Origin: Escherichia coli
GTDB lineage: Bacteria; Pseudomonadota; Gammaproteobacteria; Enterobacterales; Enterobacteriaceae
Strand: one strand, 5' to 3'
Length of the DNA: 64,000 bases
Assembly: GCF_050320075.1 (NCBI RefSeq)
Contig: NZ_CP190018.1
Below, piece by piece: positions 24,258 to 39,750 of the stretch. Numbering within the stretch: the first letter of the stretch is position 1; each line of letters opens with the position of its first letter. Both the position numbers and the translations under genes were made by a program. The notes beneath the pieces were generated by a model. It made no database searches, was not told the origin of the DNA, and was given only the letters and a program-made list of their open reading frames with translations.

Positions 24258-25610
24258 ATGAGTTCTTTAAGTCAGGCTGCGAGCAGTGTGGAAAAACGCA
24301 CAAATGCTCGTTACTGGATAGTGGTGATGTTGTTTATCGTCACATCCTTCAACTACGGCGACCGCGCTACGCTCTCTATCGCCGGTTCGGAAATGGCCAA
24401 AGATATCGGCCTTGATCCTGTGGGAATGGGCTATGTGTTCTCTGCTTTCTCATGGGCTTATGTTATCGGGCAGATCCCAGGTGGTTGGTTGCTGGATCGT
24501 TTTGGTTCAAAACGCGTCTACTTCTGGTCGATCTTTATCTGGTCGATGTTTACCTTGCTGCAAGGCTTCGTCGATATCTTTAGTGGATTCGGCATTATCG
24601 TTGCCCTGTTTACGCTGCGCTTCCTGGTCGGGCTTGCTGAAGCGCCATCTTTCCCCGGCAACAGTCGCATTGTTGCGGCCTGGTTTCCGGCGCAGGAAAG
24701 GGGAACGGCGGTGTCTATTTTTAACTCCGCTCAATACTTCGCAACGGTGATCTTCGCGCCGATTATGGGCTGGCTGACTCATGAAGTGGGCTGGTCACAC
24801 GTCTTCTTCTTTATGGGCGGTCTGGGCATTGTCATCAGCTTTTTCTGGCTGAAAGTCATCCACGAGCCAAATCAACATCCGGGTGTAAATCAGAAAGAGC
24901 TGGAGTACATCGCCGCGGGTGGCGCGCTGATCAATATGGATCAGCAAAACACCAAAGTTAAAGTACCGTTCAGCGTGAAGTGGGGGCAGATCAAACAGCT
25001 GCTAGGGTCACGGATGATGATCGGCGTTTATATCGGTCAGTACTGTATCAACGCCCTGACTTACTTCTTTATTACCTGGTTCCCGGTTTATCTGGTGCAG
25101 GCACGCGGGATGTCGATTCTGAAAGCGGGCTTTGTGGCTTCCGTTCCGGCGGTTTGCGGTTTTATCGGCGGTGTGCTGGGTGGGATTATTTCCGACTGGC
25201 TGATGCGCCGCACGGGATCGCTGAACATTGCGCGTAAAACACCGATCGTAATGGGCATGTTGCTGTCGATGGTGATGGTGTTCTGCAACTACGTCAACGT
25301 TGAGTGGATGATCATCGGCTTTATGGCGCTGGCCTTCTTCGGTAAGGGCATCGGGGCGCTGGGTTGGGCAGTAATGGCAGATACCGCGCCAAAAGAGATC
25401 AGCGGTCTTTCCGGTGGCCTGTTCAACATGTTCGGTAACATTTCTGGCATCGTCACGCCAATCGCAATTGGTTATATCGTTGGCACGACTGGCTCGTTTA
25501 ATGGGGCGCTGATTTATGTTGGTGTTCATGCCTTAATCGCGGTACTGAGCTACCTGGTGCTGGTGGGCGATATCAAGCGTATCGAGCTGAAACCTGTCGC
25601 GGGGCAATAA
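24258..25610 (+). CDS. gudP: D-glucarate/galactarate MFS transporter
   Basis: 450-aa polytopic ORF recognised as GudP. Confidence 0.9.
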   Translation: MSSLSQAASSVEKRTNARYWIVVMLFIVTSFNYGDRATLSIAGSEMAKDIGLDPVGMGYVFSAFSWAYVIGQIPGGWLLDRFGSKRVYFWSIFIWSMFTLLQGFVDIFSGFGIIVALFTLRFLVGLAEAPSFPGNSRIVAAWFPAQERGTAVSIFNSAQYFATVIFAPIMGWLTHEVGWSHVFFFMGGLGIVISFFWLKVIHEPNQHPGVNQKELEYIAAGGALINMDQQNTKVKVPFSVKWGQIKQLLGSRMMIGVYIGQYCINALTYFFITWFPVYLVQARGMSILKAGFVASVPAVCGFIGGVLGGIISDWLMRRTGSLNIARKTPIVMGMLLSMVMVFCNYVNVEWMIIGFMALAFFGKGIGALGWAVMADTAPKEISGLSGGLFNMFGNISGIVTPIAIGYIVGTTGSFNGALIYVGVHALIAVLSYLVLVGDIKRIELKPVAGQ

Positions 25611-25611
25611 G

Positions 25612-26952
25612 ATGACGACACAATCCAGTCCTGTTATTACTGATATGAAAGTCATTCCGGTCGCCGGGCACGATAGCATGTTGCTTAATATTGGTGGGGC
25701 GCATAACGCATATTTCACTCGCAATATTGTGGTACTCACCGATAACGCCGGGCATACCGGCATTGGTGAAGCGCCAGGCGGAGAGGTGATTTATCAGACG
25801 CTTGTCGATGCTATTCCGATGGTGTTGGGCCAGGAAGTTGCGCGCCTGAATAAAGTGGTTCAGCAGGTGCATAAAGGTAATCAGGCAGCCGATTTTGATA
25901 CCTTCGGCAAAGGTGCCTGGACTTTTGAATTGCGCGTTAATGCCGTGGCGGCGCTGGAAGCCGCCTTGCTTGACCTGCTAGGTAAGGCGCTGAATGTTCC
26001 GGTCTGCGAACTGTTGGGGCCAGGCAAGCAACGCGAGGCTATTACCGTCCTCGGTTATCTGTTTTATATCGGTGATCGGACCAAAACCGATCTTCCTTAT
26101 CTGGAAAATACGCCGGGCAACCATGAGTGGTATCAGTTGCGCCATCAGAAAGCGATGAACAGCGAAGCCGTTGTGCGTCTGGCGGAAGCTTCACAGGATC
26201 GTTATGGCTTTAAAGATTTCAAACTTAAGGGCGGAGTGTTACCTGGCGAGCAAGAAATCGACACTGTTCGTGCATTGAAGAAACGCTTCCCGGATGCGCG
26301 GATTACCGTTGATCCCAACGGTGCATGGCTGCTTGATGAAGCCATTTCTTTGTGCAAAGGGCTGAATGATGTTCTTACCTATGCCGAAGATCCATGCGGC
26401 GCAGAACAGGGTTTCTCCGGTCGTGAAGTGATGGCGGAGTTTCGGCGGGCGACCGGCTTGCCCGTCGCGACTAACATGATCGCCACCAACTGGCGTGAAA
26501 TGGGTCATGCGGTAATGCTCAATGCAGTAGATATTCCACTTGCCGATCCGCACTTCTGGACGCTTTCCGGTGCAGTCCGCGTGGCGCAGCTTTGCGACGA
26601 CTGGGGGCTGACCTGGGGCTGTCATTCCAACAACCACTTTGATATCTCTCTGGCGATGTTTACCCATGTGGGTGCGGCGGCACCGGGTAATCCTACCGCT
26701 ATCGATACCCACTGGATTTGGCAGGAGGGAGATTGTCGCCTGACCCAAAATCCGCTGGAGATTAAAAACGGAAAAATTGCAGTTCCTGATGCGCCCGGTC
26801 TGGGCGTGGAACTGGACTGGGAACAGGTACAAAAGGCACATGAGGCCTATAAACGTCTGCCTGGCGGTGCGCGTAACGACGCAGGTCCGATGCAGTACCT
26901 GATCCCCGGCTGGACCTTTGACCGTAAACGTCCCGTTTTCGGCCGTCATTGA
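25612..26952 (+). CDS. gudX: glucarate dehydratase-related protein (enolase superfamily)
   Basis: 446-aa ORF, paralogous to the following gudD. Confidence 0.9.
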   Translation: MTTQSSPVITDMKVIPVAGHDSMLLNIGGAHNAYFTRNIVVLTDNAGHTGIGEAPGGEVIYQTLVDAIPMVLGQEVARLNKVVQQVHKGNQAADFDTFGKGAWTFELRVNAVAALEAALLDLLGKALNVPVCELLGPGKQREAITVLGYLFYIGDRTKTDLPYLENTPGNHEWYQLRHQKAMNSEAVVRLAEASQDRYGFKDFKLKGGVLPGEQEIDTVRALKKRFPDARITVDPNGAWLLDEAISLCKGLNDVLTYAEDPCGAEQGFSGREVMAEFRRATGLPVATNMIATNWREMGHAVMLNAVDIPLADPHFWTLSGAVRVAQLCDDWGLTWGCHSNNHFDISLAMFTHVGAAAPGNPTAIDTHWIWQEGDCRLTQNPLEIKNGKIAVPDAPGLGVELDWEQVQKAHEAYKRLPGGARNDAGPMQYLIPGWTFDRKRPVFGRH

Positions 26953-26972
26953 TTCTGAAAAAGGACATAAAT

Positions 26973-28313
26973 ATGAGTTCTCAATTTACGACGCCTGTTG
27001 TTACTGAAATGCAGGTCATCCCGGTGGCGGGTCATGACAGTATGCTGATGAATCTGAGTGGTGCACATGCACCGTTCTTCACGCGTAATATTGTGATTAT
27101 CAAAGATAATTCCGGTCACACTGGCGTAGGGGAAATTCCCGGCGGCGAGAAAATCCGTAAAACGCTGGAAGATGCGATTCCGCTGGTGGTGGGTAAAACG
27201 CTGGGTGAATACAAAAACGTTCTGACGCTGGTACGTAATACATTTGCCGATCGTGATGCCGGCGGGCGCGGTTTGCAGACATTTGACCTGCGGACCACTA
27301 TTCATGTGGTTACCGGGATAGAAGCGGCAATGCTGGATCTGCTGGGGCAGCATCTGGGGGTTAACGTGGCATCCCTGCTGGGCGATGGTCAACAGCGTAG
27401 CGAAGTCGAAATGCTCGGTTATCTGTTCTTCGTCGGTAATCGCAAAGCCACACCGCTGCCGTATCAAAGCCAGCCGGATGATAAATGTGACTGGTATCGC
27501 CTGCGTCACGAAGAAGCGATGACGCCGGATGCGGTGGTGCGCCTGGCGGAAGCGGCGTATGAAAAATATGGCTTCAACGATTTCAAACTGAAAGGCGGTG
27601 TACTGGCCGGGGAAGAAGAAGCCGAGTCTATTGTGGCACTGGCGAAACGTTTCCCGCAGGCGCGTATTACGCTCGATCCTAACGGTGCCTGGTCGCTGAA
27701 CGAAGCGATTAAAATTGGTAAATACCTGAAAGGGTCGCTGGCTTATGCAGAAGATCCGTGTGGTGCGGAGCAAGGTTTCTCCGGGCGTGAAGTGATGGCG
27801 GAGTTCCGTCGCGCGACTGGCCTGCCGACCGCAACCAATATGATCGCCACCGACTGGCGGCAGATGGGCCATACGCTCTCGTTACAATCCGTTGATATCC
27901 CGCTGGCGGATCCGCATTTCTGGACGATGCAAGGTTCGGTACGTGTGGCGCAAATGTGCCATGAATTTGGGCTGACCTGGGGTTCACACTCTAACAACCA
28001 CTTCGATATTTCCCTGGCGATGTTTACCCATGTAGCCGCTGCTGCACCGGGTAAAATTACTGCTATTGATACGCACTGGATCTGGCAGGAAGGCAATCAG
28101 CGTCTGACCAAAGAACCGTTTGAGATCAAAGGCGGGCTGGTACAGGTGCCGCAAAAACCAGGATTGGGCGTAGAAATCGATATGGATCAGGTGATGAAAG
28201 CCCACGAGCTGTATCAGAAACATGGGCTTGGTGCGCGTGACGATGCGATGGGAATGCAGTACCTGATTCCTGGCTGGACGTTTGATAACAAGCGCCCGTG
28301 CATGGTGCGTTAA
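26973..28313 (+). CDS. gudD: D-glucarate dehydratase
   Basis: ORF 26949..28313; start placed at [13 protein letters not shown] giving 446 aa. Confidence 0.92.
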   Translation: MSSQFTTPVVTEMQVIPVAGHDSMLMNLSGAHAPFFTRNIVIIKDNSGHTGVGEIPGGEKIRKTLEDAIPLVVGKTLGEYKNVLTLVRNTFADRDAGGRGLQTFDLRTTIHVVTGIEAAMLDLLGQHLGVNVASLLGDGQQRSEVEMLGYLFFVGNRKATPLPYQSQPDDKCDWYRLRHEEAMTPDAVVRLAEAAYEKYGFNDFKLKGGVLAGEEEAESIVALAKRFPQARITLDPNGAWSLNEAIKIGKYLKGSLAYAEDPCGAEQGFSGREVMAEFRRATGLPTATNMIATDWRQMGHTLSLQSVDIPLADPHFWTMQGSVRVAQMCHEFGLTWGSHSNNHFDISLAMFTHVAAAAPGKITAIDTHWIWQEGNQRLTKEPFEIKGGLVQVPQKPGLGVEIDMDQVMKAHELYQKHGLGARDDAMGMQYLIPGWTFDNKRPCMVR

Positions 28314-28385
28314 GACAGAAAACCAAAACCGGCTTCATAAGAAGTCGGTTTGAGATTACTGACGAAGTGGTTTACGGGGCCGGTT

Positions 28386-28490
28386 TTCCCCCTCGCCCTT
28401 TCAGGGAGAGGGGCGGGGTGAGGGTAATCATTCGCACTTGCGTTGGCCTGTTCCCCTCACCCTAACCCTCTCCCCGGAGGGGCGAGGGGA
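28386..28490. repeat. GC-rich composite palindromic element between convergent gudD and barA
   Basis: Two inverted units of about 40 bp (28386-28427 and 28451-28490), each rich in CCCTC/GAGGG runs and mutually complementary; family not assigned. Confidence 0.5.
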
Positions 28491-28553
28491 CTGTCTGTGC
28501 TGCTCCCAGCATTGGCATTGGACGGAACCTATTTTGACTCGACAAGACGTCCA

Positions 28554-31310
28554 TTACCCGAGAATTTTGCTGGCTTCGCGCGCGACATTATCCATCTCGT
28601 CCAACAGTTCCAGCAGCTCCGGCTCCAAATCTTCTTCTTTAGTACCGCTACGTAGCTGTTGTTCGATCAGCTGGCAGAGATTCTTCATACGCGGCACACC
28701 GCTATAGCCGCAACTGCCATGCAGTTTATGAATCAAATCAACCAGGCCTTCCGGGTTTTCTCCAACCAGCTGTTCCTCAACTTTGTTGCGAACTTCAGGC
28801 AGGAAATCGAGTAACATTTGCAGCATATCGCGCGCTAAATCGGTTTTTCCTGCTGCCTGGCGTAGTGCCAGTTGCCAGTCGAGGGTCGCATTCGGGTTCA
28901 CCACAATTTCGTTGACTTCGGGCGTCACGACGCGAGACGAAATACCGCTGCCAGGCTTGTAGCGCAACAACAAATTATGCAATCGCTCTTCTTCAATCGG
29001 TTTCGCCAGATAATCGCTCATCCCTGCGCCAAGCAGCTTCTCTTTTTGCCCGGCCATTGCATGCGCCGTTACCGCGATAACTGGCGTTTGTTGCTGATGG
29101 GGGAGCTGGTGGATGAGTTCGCAGGCCCGAATGCCGTCCATGTCCGGCATTTGAATATCCATTAAGATCAAATCGAACGGCATCTGTTTCGCCCGTTCAA
29201 CCGCCTGATGCCCGCTATCGCAAAGTTCCACATGTTGCACCATATCTTCCAGCAATGCGCCGATAAGTTTCAGGTTAGCGGGGTTGTCATCAACCGCCAT
29301 GACTGTCATTGCCAGCTTACTTTCATCGGTTACAGGCAAAAGCGTGTTTTGTTTGTGATGACAAAATTCCGTCAGGGCAGGTAACAGGCGCGTAGGTGTT
29401 AATGGTTTCAGCAGACACGCGCCGATACCATCTTGCTTAAGTTTTTCAGCATTGACTTGTGCATGGCAAGGAAGTGCCAGCATCAGAAAATCGGTCATCG
29501 ATACCGCTTTCGCTAATCGCTCATGTTGCATTGTTAGCGGCTCGCGGAAGGTCACCGCAATGCCTAATAACATCATGTCGTAATGCGCGGGAGGCAGCGC
29601 GGAGAACGTTGGGCTATAAACCACTTCCAGCGGCGTTTCACTTAAAATATCCAGCGTGCATTGCGCTGCTGCGGAGTTTGGTTCGACATAGGCCAGGCGC
29701 TTGCCGGCTAGGCACTGGGTGGATGGCCCTTCGATAATAATGTTCGGGTTCAGATCGAGATTAATGTGGAACCAGAAAGTTGAACCGCGATTCGGCTGGC
29801 TATGGAACGAAATATCGCCGCCCATTTCATTAACCAGTTTTTGTGTAATCACCAGCCCCAGCCCGGTGCCACCATGACGGCGGGAAATACTGGCATCAGC
29901 CTGTCGGAAGGCCTGGAATAAGCGCGATTGATCGCGTTCAGGAATACCAATGCCGGTATCCCGAATCTGCACTTCAATCTGCACTTTGGTATTACTCAGC
30001 GCACGTTTTTCTACCAGAATATCAATGTTGCCATTCTCGGTGAATTTAATTGCATTCCCTACCAGGTTAGTGATGATTTGCTGTAATCGCAGTGGGTCGC
30101 CAATTACGTTATCGGGCACGTCGCTCTTAATATTGAGCGTCAGTTCCAGCCCTTTATCGTGAGAAGAATGTGCCAGCAGGGTAACGACTTCATCCAGCGT
30201 GCTGCGTAGTGGGAATGGAATACTTTCCAGAATCAGCTTACCTGCTTCCAGTTTCGAGAAGTCGAGAACATCATTAATAATTGCCAGCAAATTATTTGCC
30301 GAACGTTCAATCGTATTCAGGTGATCGCGCTGCGTTGGTGTTAATTCTGTTTTCAGCGTCAGGCGAGTAAAGCCAATAACACCATTCAGTGGTGTACGCA
30401 GCTCGTGTGACATATTTGCCAGAAACTCGGATTTAATACGCGCCGCTTCCTGGGCACGCTTTTTCGCCAGATCCAACTCAACGTTCTGAATTTCCATCTG
30501 CTCCAGCGTTTCACGCAGATCGGACGTCGCCTGGTCGATATTGTGCTGCATCTCTTCGTGATAAGCAGCCAGCGACATTGCCATCGAGTTGATACCGTTT
30601 TTCAGCATATCCAGCTCGCCGAGCATAAATCCTTCCACCCGGCTGTCGAGTTGCCCGCGACGGATGCGGTCGACGGTATTCACCATGTTGCGAATCGGAC
30701 CGGTTACATCGCGCATTAAGCGCCAGCCAAAAATAAGCGCAATACCGATACAAAACAGCATCATCACGCTGGAAATAAAGATCTCTTTATATTGCTGCAA
30801 GCGAACCGATTTAAGATCCAGCTCAAGCGCAATATATCCCAACATATTTTGACTATTTTTGGCATCGCTACTGGGCGATTCGTCGGGGGAGTAACTCTCA
30901 GAAATAATCGGCGTGCGGAGGATCATAATATCGCCGTCACGAGTGACAGTGAGCTGGCGAGGAAACGGCACGTTGCTGCCGAGCTGCATTGATGAGGGAT
31001 CAAGATGAAAATTGGAGGTGACAAAGAGTCGGTTATTTTCATCATAAACCGAAATCGCGCGAACAATATCGGAATGGCGACGATGCAGTACGCTTATTAA
31101 CTGACCGATAGATTCGCGATTTTGCAGGCTCATGCCATATTCAGTAGAAACTGCAAGCGGCTCAATAATGCTGGCTCCGGCATCTTCCAGTTGACGCTGC
31201 AAGTCGTTATAGCGATGCACAACGAAAAAGATACTCAGCAATAAACCAATAAGGACGGTCGGTGCCAGGATCAGAATCATCATGCGTGCGCGCAGGCTGT
31301 AGTTGGTCAT
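28554..31310 (-). CDS. barA: hybrid sensor histidine kinase BarA (BarA/UvrY two-component system)
   Basis: 918-aa ORF with TM, HAMP, HisKA (H-box SHELRTPLN), HATPase, receiver and HPt regions; recognised as BarA. Confidence 0.93.
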
Positions 31311-31366
31311 GGAGTTCCGTTATGGGACAATTAAGGTCACACTGTTAAATTGAGAAAGTCTCGCCA

Positions 31367-32668
31367 ATGGCGCAATTCTACTCTGCAAAACGACGCACGA
31401 CGACGCGTCAGATCATAACTGTTTCAGTCAACGACCTCGACTCTTTTGGTCAGGGCGTGGCACGACATAACGGCAAAGCGTTATTTATTCCTGGATTATT
31501 GCCACAGGAAAACGCGGAAGTTACTGTTACTGAAGATAAAAAACAATACGCCCGCGCTAAAGTCGTACGCCGGTTAAGCGATAGCCCGGAACGCGAAACG
31601 CCACGCTGCCCTCATTTTGGCGTATGCGGCGGCTGTCAGCAACAACACGCCAGCGAGGATTTACAGCAGCGAAGCAAAAGTGCGGCACTCGCCCGATTAA
31701 TGAAACACGAGGTCTCTGAAGTGATCGCCGATGTTCCCTGGGGCTATCGCCGTCGCGCGCGTTTAAGTTTGAACTACTTACCGAAAACACAGCAACTTCA
31801 GATGGGCTTTCGCAAAGCGGGCTCCAGTGACATTGTCGACGTTAAACAATGCCCCATTTTAGTGCCCCAACTTGAAGCATTGCTGCCCAAAGTCAGGGCA
31901 TGCCTGGGCAGCTTACAAGCTATGCGCCATCTTGGTCATGTTGAACTGGTACAGGCAACCAGCGGCACGCTGATGATTTTGCGCCATACCGCACCGCTAA
32001 GTTCGGCAGATCGCGAAAAACTGGAACGCTTTTCGCATTCTGAAGGCCTGGATCTGTATCTCGCCCCCGATAGTGAGATACTCGAAACCGTCGCTGGTGA
32101 GATGCCCTGGTATGACTCAAACGGGTTGCGCTTAACTTTTAGCCCGCGCGATTTTATTCAGGTCAATGCGGGTGTGAACCAAAAAATGGTAGCGTGTGCG
32201 TTGGAATGGCTGGATGTGCAACCTGAAGATCGCGTACTGGATCTGTTCTGCGGTATGGGCAACTTTACACTGCCATTGGCGACACAAGCTGCCAGTGTGG
32301 TGGGTGTAGAAGGTGTTCCGGCGCTGGTGGAAAAAGGCCAGCAGAATGCGCGTCTTAATGACTTACACAATGTGACGTTTTATCACGAAAATCTTGAAGA
32401 AGATGTCACAAAGCAGCCGTGGGCGAAAAACGGCTTCGATAAAGTGTTGCTGGACCCCGCGCGAGCAGGTGCCGCAGGTGTTATGCAGCAAATTATAAAA
32501 CTGGAACCTATTCGTATAGTTTATGTATCCTGTAACCCTGCAACGCTGGCTCGGGATAGCGAAGTGTTATTAAAAGCAGGATATACCATTGCGCGACTGG
32601 CGATGCTGGATATGTTCCCACACACGGGACATCTGGAATCGATGGTACTTTTCTCGCGCGTTAAATAG
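31367..32668 (+). CDS. rlmD: 23S rRNA m5U1939 methyltransferase (RumA)
   Basis: 433-aa ORF with TRAM domain and four-Cys Fe-S cluster ([14 protein letters not shown]); recognised as RlmD. Confidence 0.92.
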   Translation: MAQFYSAKRRTTTRQIITVSVNDLDSFGQGVARHNGKALFIPGLLPQENAEVTVTEDKKQYARAKVVRRLSDSPERETPRCPHFGVCGGCQQQHASEDLQQRSKSAALARLMKHEVSEVIADVPWGYRRRARLSLNYLPKTQQLQMGFRKAGSSDIVDVKQCPILVPQLEALLPKVRACLGSLQAMRHLGHVELVQATSGTLMILRHTAPLSSADREKLERFSHSEGLDLYLAPDSEILETVAGEMPWYDSNGLRLTFSPRDFIQVNAGVNQKMVACALEWLDVQPEDRVLDLFCGMGNFTLPLATQAASVVGVEGVPALVEKGQQNARLNDLHNVTFYHENLEEDVTKQPWAKNGFDKVLLDPARAGAAGVMQQIIKLEPIRIVYVSCNPATLARDSEVLLKAGYTIARLAMLDMFPHTGHLESMVLFSRVK

Positions 32669-32715
32669 TTACGATTTGCCGATTTCGGCAGGTCTGGTCC
32701 CTAAAGGAGAGGACG

Positions 32716-34950
32716 ATGGTTGCGGTAAGAAGTGCACATATCAATAAGGCTGGTGAATTTGATCCGGAAAAATGGATCGCAAGTCTGGGTATTACCAGCC
32801 AGAAGTCGTGTGAGTGCTTAGCCGAAACCTGGGCGTATTGTCTGCAACAGACGCAGGGGCATCCGGATGCCAGTCTGTTATTGTGGCGTGGTGTTGAGAT
32901 GGTGGAGATCCTCTCGACATTAAGTATGGACATTGACACGCTGCGGGCGGCGCTGTTGTTCCCTCTGGCCGATGCCAACGTAGTCAGCGAAGATGTGCTG
33001 CGTGAGAGCGTCGGTAAGTCGGTCGTTAACCTTATTCACGGCGTGCGTGATATGGCGGCGATCCGCCAGCTGAAAGCGACGCATACCGATTCTGTTTCCT
33101 CCGAACAGGTCGATAACGTTCGCCGGATGTTATTGGCGATGGTCGATGATTTTCGCTGCGTGGTCATCAAACTGGCAGAGCGTATTGCTCATCTGCGCGA
33201 AGTAAAAGATGCGCCGGAAGATGAACGTGTACTGGCGGCAAAAGAGTGCACCAATATCTACGCGCCGTTGGCGAACCGTCTTGGGATTGGACAACTGAAA
33301 TGGGAGCTGGAAGATTACTGCTTCCGTTATCTCCACCCGACCGAATACAAACGCATCGCAAAACTGCTGCATGAACGCCGTCTCGACCGCGAACACTATA
33401 TCGAAGAGTTTGTCGGCCATCTGCGCGCTGAGATGAAAGCTGAAGGCGTTAAAGCTGAAGTGTATGGTCGACCGAAACACATCTACAGCATCTGGCGCAA
33501 AATGCAGAAAAAGAACCTCGCCTTCGATGAGCTGTTTGATGTGCGTGCGGTACGTATTGTCGCCGAGCGTTTACAGGATTGCTATGCCGCACTGGGGATA
33601 GTGCACACTCACTATCGCCACCTGCCGGATGAGTTTGACGATTACGTCGCTAACCCGAAACCAAACGGTTATCAGTCTATTCATACCGTGGTTCTGGGAC
33701 CAGGTGGCAAAACCGTTGAGATCCAAATCCGCACTAAACAGATGCATGAAGATGCAGAGTTGGGTGTTGCTGCGCACTGGAAATATAAAGAGGGCGCGGC
33801 AGCTGGCGGCGCACGTTCGGGACATGAAGACCGGATTGCCTGGCTGCGTAAACTGATTGCGTGGCAGGAAGAGATGGCTGATTCCGGCGAAATGCTCGAC
33901 GAAGTACGCAGCCAGGTCTTTGACGACCGGGTGTACGTCTTTACGCCGAAAGGTGACGTCGTTGATTTGCCTGCGGGATCAACGCCGCTGGACTTCGCTT
34001 ACCACATCCACAGTGATGTCGGGCACCGCTGCATCGGGGCAAAAATTAGCGGGCGCATTGTGCCGTTCACCTACCAGCTGCAGATGGGCGACCAGATTGA
34101 AATTATCACCCAGAAACAGCCGAACCCCAGCCGTGACTGGTTAAACCCAAACCTCGGTTACGTCACAACCAGCCGTGGGCGTTCGAAAATTCACGCCTGG
34201 TTCCGTAAACAGGACCGTGACAAAAACATTCTGGCTGGGCGGCAAATCCTTGACGACGAGCTGGAACATCTGGGGATCAGCCTGAAAGAAGCAGAAAAAC
34301 ATCTGCTGCCGCGTTACAACTTCAATGATGTCGACGAGTTGCTGGCGGCAATTGGTGGCGGGGATATCCGTCTCAATCAGATGGTGAACTTCCTGCAATC
34401 GCAATTTAATAAGCCGAGTGCCGAAGAGCAGGATGCCGCCGCGCTGAAGCAACTTCAGCAAAAAAGCTATACGCCGCAAAACCGCAGTAAAGATAACGGT
34501 CGTGTGGTGGTTGAAGGTGTCGGTAACCTGATGCACCACATCGCGCGCTGCTGCCAGCCGATTCCTGGAGATGAGATTGTCGGCTTCATTACCCAGGGAC
34601 GCGGTATTTCAGTGCATCGTGCAGACTGTGAGCAACTGGCGGAACTGCGCTCCCATGCGCCAGAACGCATTGTTGACGCGGTATGGGGCGAGAGCTACTC
34701 CGCCGGATATTCGCTAGTGGTCCGCGTGGTGGCTAATGATCGTAGTGGGTTGTTACGTGATATCACGACCATTCTCGCCAACGAGAAGGTGAACGTGCTT
34801 GGCGTTGCCAGCCGTAGCGACACCAAACAGCAACTGGCGACCATCGACATGACCATTGAGATTTACAACCTGCAGGTGCTGGGTCGCGTGCTGGGTAAAC
34901 TCAACCAGGTGCCGGATGTTATCGACGCGCGTCGGTTGCACGGGAGTTAG
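32716..34950 (+). CDS. relA: GTP pyrophosphokinase ((p)ppGpp synthetase I)
   Basis: 744-aa ORF recognised as RelA. Confidence 0.95.
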   Translation: MVAVRSAHINKAGEFDPEKWIASLGITSQKSCECLAETWAYCLQQTQGHPDASLLLWRGVEMVEILSTLSMDIDTLRAALLFPLADANVVSEDVLRESVGKSVVNLIHGVRDMAAIRQLKATHTDSVSSEQVDNVRRMLLAMVDDFRCVVIKLAERIAHLREVKDAPEDERVLAAKECTNIYAPLANRLGIGQLKWELEDYCFRYLHPTEYKRIAKLLHERRLDREHYIEEFVGHLRAEMKAEGVKAEVYGRPKHIYSIWRKMQKKNLAFDELFDVRAVRIVAERLQDCYAALGIVHTHYRHLPDEFDDYVANPKPNGYQSIHTVVLGPGGKTVEIQIRTKQMHEDAELGVAAHWKYKEGAAAGGARSGHEDRIAWLRKLIAWQEEMADSGEMLDEVRSQVFDDRVYVFTPKGDVVDLPAGSTPLDFAYHIHSDVGHRCIGAKISGRIVPFTYQLQMGDQIEIITQKQPNPSRDWLNPNLGYVTTSRGRSKIHAWFRKQDRDKNILAGRQILDDELEHLGISLKEAEKHLLPRYNFNDVDELLAAIGGGDIRLNQMVNFLQSQFNKPSAEEQDAAALKQLQQKSYTPQNRSKDNGRVVVEGVGNLMHHIARCCQPIPGDEIVGFITQGRGISVHRADCEQLAELRSHAPERIVDAVWGESYSAGYSLVVRVVANDRSGLLRDITTILANEKVNVLGVASRSDTKQQLATIDMTIEIYNLQVLGRVLGKLNQVPDVIDARRLHGS

Positions 34951-34959
34951 GCCGAAATT

Positions 34960-35012
34960 AGCTCGTATCTACAATGTAGATTGATATATACTGTATCTAC
35001 ATATGATAGCGG
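34960..35012 (+). promoter_or_regulatory. mazEF promoter region with alternating palindrome
   Basis: ATCTACAATGTAGAT and TATCTACATAT palindromic elements 15-60 bp upstream of mazE. Confidence 0.6.
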
Positions 35013-35027
35013 TTTGAGGAAAGGGTT

Positions 35028-35276
35028 ATGATCCACAGTAGCGTAAAGCGTTGGGGAAATTCACCGGCGGTGCGGATCCCGGCTACGTTAATGCAGGCGC
35101 TCAATCTGAATATTGATGATGAAGTGAAGATTGACCTGGTGGATGGCAAATTAATTATTGAGCCAGTGCGTAAAGAGCCCGTATTTACGCTTGCTGAACT
35201 GGTCAACGACATCACGCCGGAAAACCTCCACGAGAATATCGACTGGGGAGAGCCGAAAGATAAGGAAGTCTGGTAA
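35028..35276 (+). CDS. mazE: type II antitoxin MazE
   Basis: 82-aa ORF recognised as MazE (AbrB/SpoVT fold); stop overlaps mazF start. Confidence 0.95.
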
Positions 35277-35611
35277 TGGTAAGCCGATACGTACCCGATA
35301 TGGGCGATCTGATTTGGGTTGATTTTGACCCGACAAAAGGTAGCGAGCAAGCCGGACATCGTCCGGCTGTTGTCCTGAGTCCGTTCATGTACAACAACAA
35401 AACAGGTATGTGTCTGTGTGTTCCTTGTACAACGCAATCAAAAGGATATCCGTTCGAAGTTGTTTTATCCGGTCAGGAACGTGATGGCGTAGCGTTAGCT
35501 GATCAGGTAAAAAGTATCGCCTGGCGGGCAAGAGGAGCAACGAAGAAAGGAACGGTTGCCCCAGAGGAATTACAGCTCATTAAAGCCAAAATTAACGTGC
35601 TGATTGGGTAG
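35276..35611 (+). CDS. mazF: type II toxin MazF (ACA-specific mRNA interferase)
   Basis: 111-aa ORF recognised as MazF (PemK/CcdB fold). Confidence 0.95.
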   Translation: MVSRYVPDMGDLIWVDFDPTKGSEQAGHRPAVVLSPFMYNNKTGMCLCVPCTTQSKGYPFEVVLSGQERDGVALADQVKSIAWRARGATKKGTVAPEELQLIKAKINVLIG

Positions 35612-35682
35612 GTGTTACTAACTCACTTCTATTCTGGTCACAGGTTTCCACCTGACGGACCCGCAATTTTCAGGACATTCTA

Positions 35683-36474
35683 ATGAATCAAATCGACCGT
35701 TTGCTCACCATCATGCAGCGCCTGCGCGATCCGGAAAACGGCTGCCCGTGGGATAAAGAGCAGACATTTGCCACCATTGCGCCTTACACCCTTGAAGAAA
35801 CCTACGAGGTGCTGGACGCCATCGCCCGTGAAGATTTTGACGATCTTCGCGGTGAACTGGGCGATCTGCTGTTCCAGGTGGTGTTTTACGCACAAATGGC
35901 TCAGGAAGAAGGGCGCTTTGACTTTAATGATATATGCGCCGCGATCAGCGATAAATTAGAACGTCGCCATCCGCATGTTTTTGCTGACAGTTCTGCCGAA
36001 AACAGTAGTGAAGTGCTTGCCCGTTGGGAGCAAATCAAAACCGAAGAGCGCGCGCAGAAAGCGCAGCATTCGGCGCTGGACGATATTCCTCGTAGTTTAC
36101 CGGCTTTAATGCGTGCGCAAAAAATCCAGAAACGTTGCGCCAACGTTGGTTTTGACTGGACGACGCTTGGTCCGGTAGTCGATAAAGTCTACGAAGAGAT
36201 CGACGAGGTGATGTACGAGGCACGGCAGGCTGTTATCGACCAGGCTAAACTGGAGGAGGAAATGGGCGACCTGCTGTTTGCCACGGTCAATCTGGCTCGT
36301 CATTTAGGGACAAAAGCGGAAATCGTATTGCAAAAAGCGAACGAAAAATTCGAGCGTCGTTTTCGCGAAGTGGAGCGTATTGTTGCCGCGCGTGGACTGG
36401 AAATGACAGGTGTTGACCTCGAAACAATGGAAGAAGTCTGGCAACAGGTAAAACGGCAGGAAATTGATCTCTAA
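35683..36474 (+). CDS. mazG: nucleoside triphosphate pyrophosphohydrolase
   Basis: 263-aa ORF recognised as MazG (tandem MazG domains). Confidence 0.92.
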   Translation: MNQIDRLLTIMQRLRDPENGCPWDKEQTFATIAPYTLEETYEVLDAIAREDFDDLRGELGDLLFQVVFYAQMAQEEGRFDFNDICAAISDKLERRHPHVFADSSAENSSEVLARWEQIKTEERAQKAQHSALDDIPRSLPALMRAQKIQKRCANVGFDWTTLGPVVDKVYEEIDEVMYEARQAVIDQAKLEEEMGDLLFATVNLARHLGTKAEIVLQKANEKFERRFREVERIVAARGLEMTGVDLETMEEVWQQVKRQEIDL

Positions 36475-36487
36475 GGGAATTACGTGG

Positions 36488-36533
36488 TCAAGCGCGATTT
36501 GTGTCATTTTTTAAATGACAAGCGCTTGATTTG
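36488..36533 (+). terminator. hairpin downstream of mazG (terminator or attenuator ahead of pyrG)
   Basis: Nested inverted repeat TCAAGCGC...GTCATT-tttta-AATGAC...GCGCTTGA followed by TTTGCG. Confidence 0.4.
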
Positions 36534-36686
36534 CGTCAAAAACATTTACCCCAAAGGGGCTATTTTCTCACTCCTGATTTCAATAGTGCGCTGGCGAAGA
36601 GGAGGGATAATGAAAGTTTGTGGCACTGGTCATGTTCGGGTATACTGCTTTCCCGTCCTGGTTATTCCATCGTCTTTTCAACCTAA

Positions 36687-38339
<1,653 letters not shown>

Positions 38340-38411
38340 GTAAAAAAGTTAGAACGGCAACGCGTACCCTGGGTACGCGTTGTTTGTCTGGAGTTTCAGT
38401 TTAACTAGTGA

Positions 38412-39725
<1,314 letters not shown>

Positions 39726-39750
39726 GTCTGACTTTATCTGATTTAAAAAT

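Noticed and set aside
26239-27872. Long minus-strand ORFs (236 and 308 aa) antisense to gudX and gudD
   Set aside because: Antisense to recognised enolase-superfamily genes; no domains; codon-bias artefacts. The same applies to antisense ORFs within fucI (10012..10761), fucO (13407..13943), ygcU (48238..49164), cysJ (57808..58401) and cysI (59052..59714).
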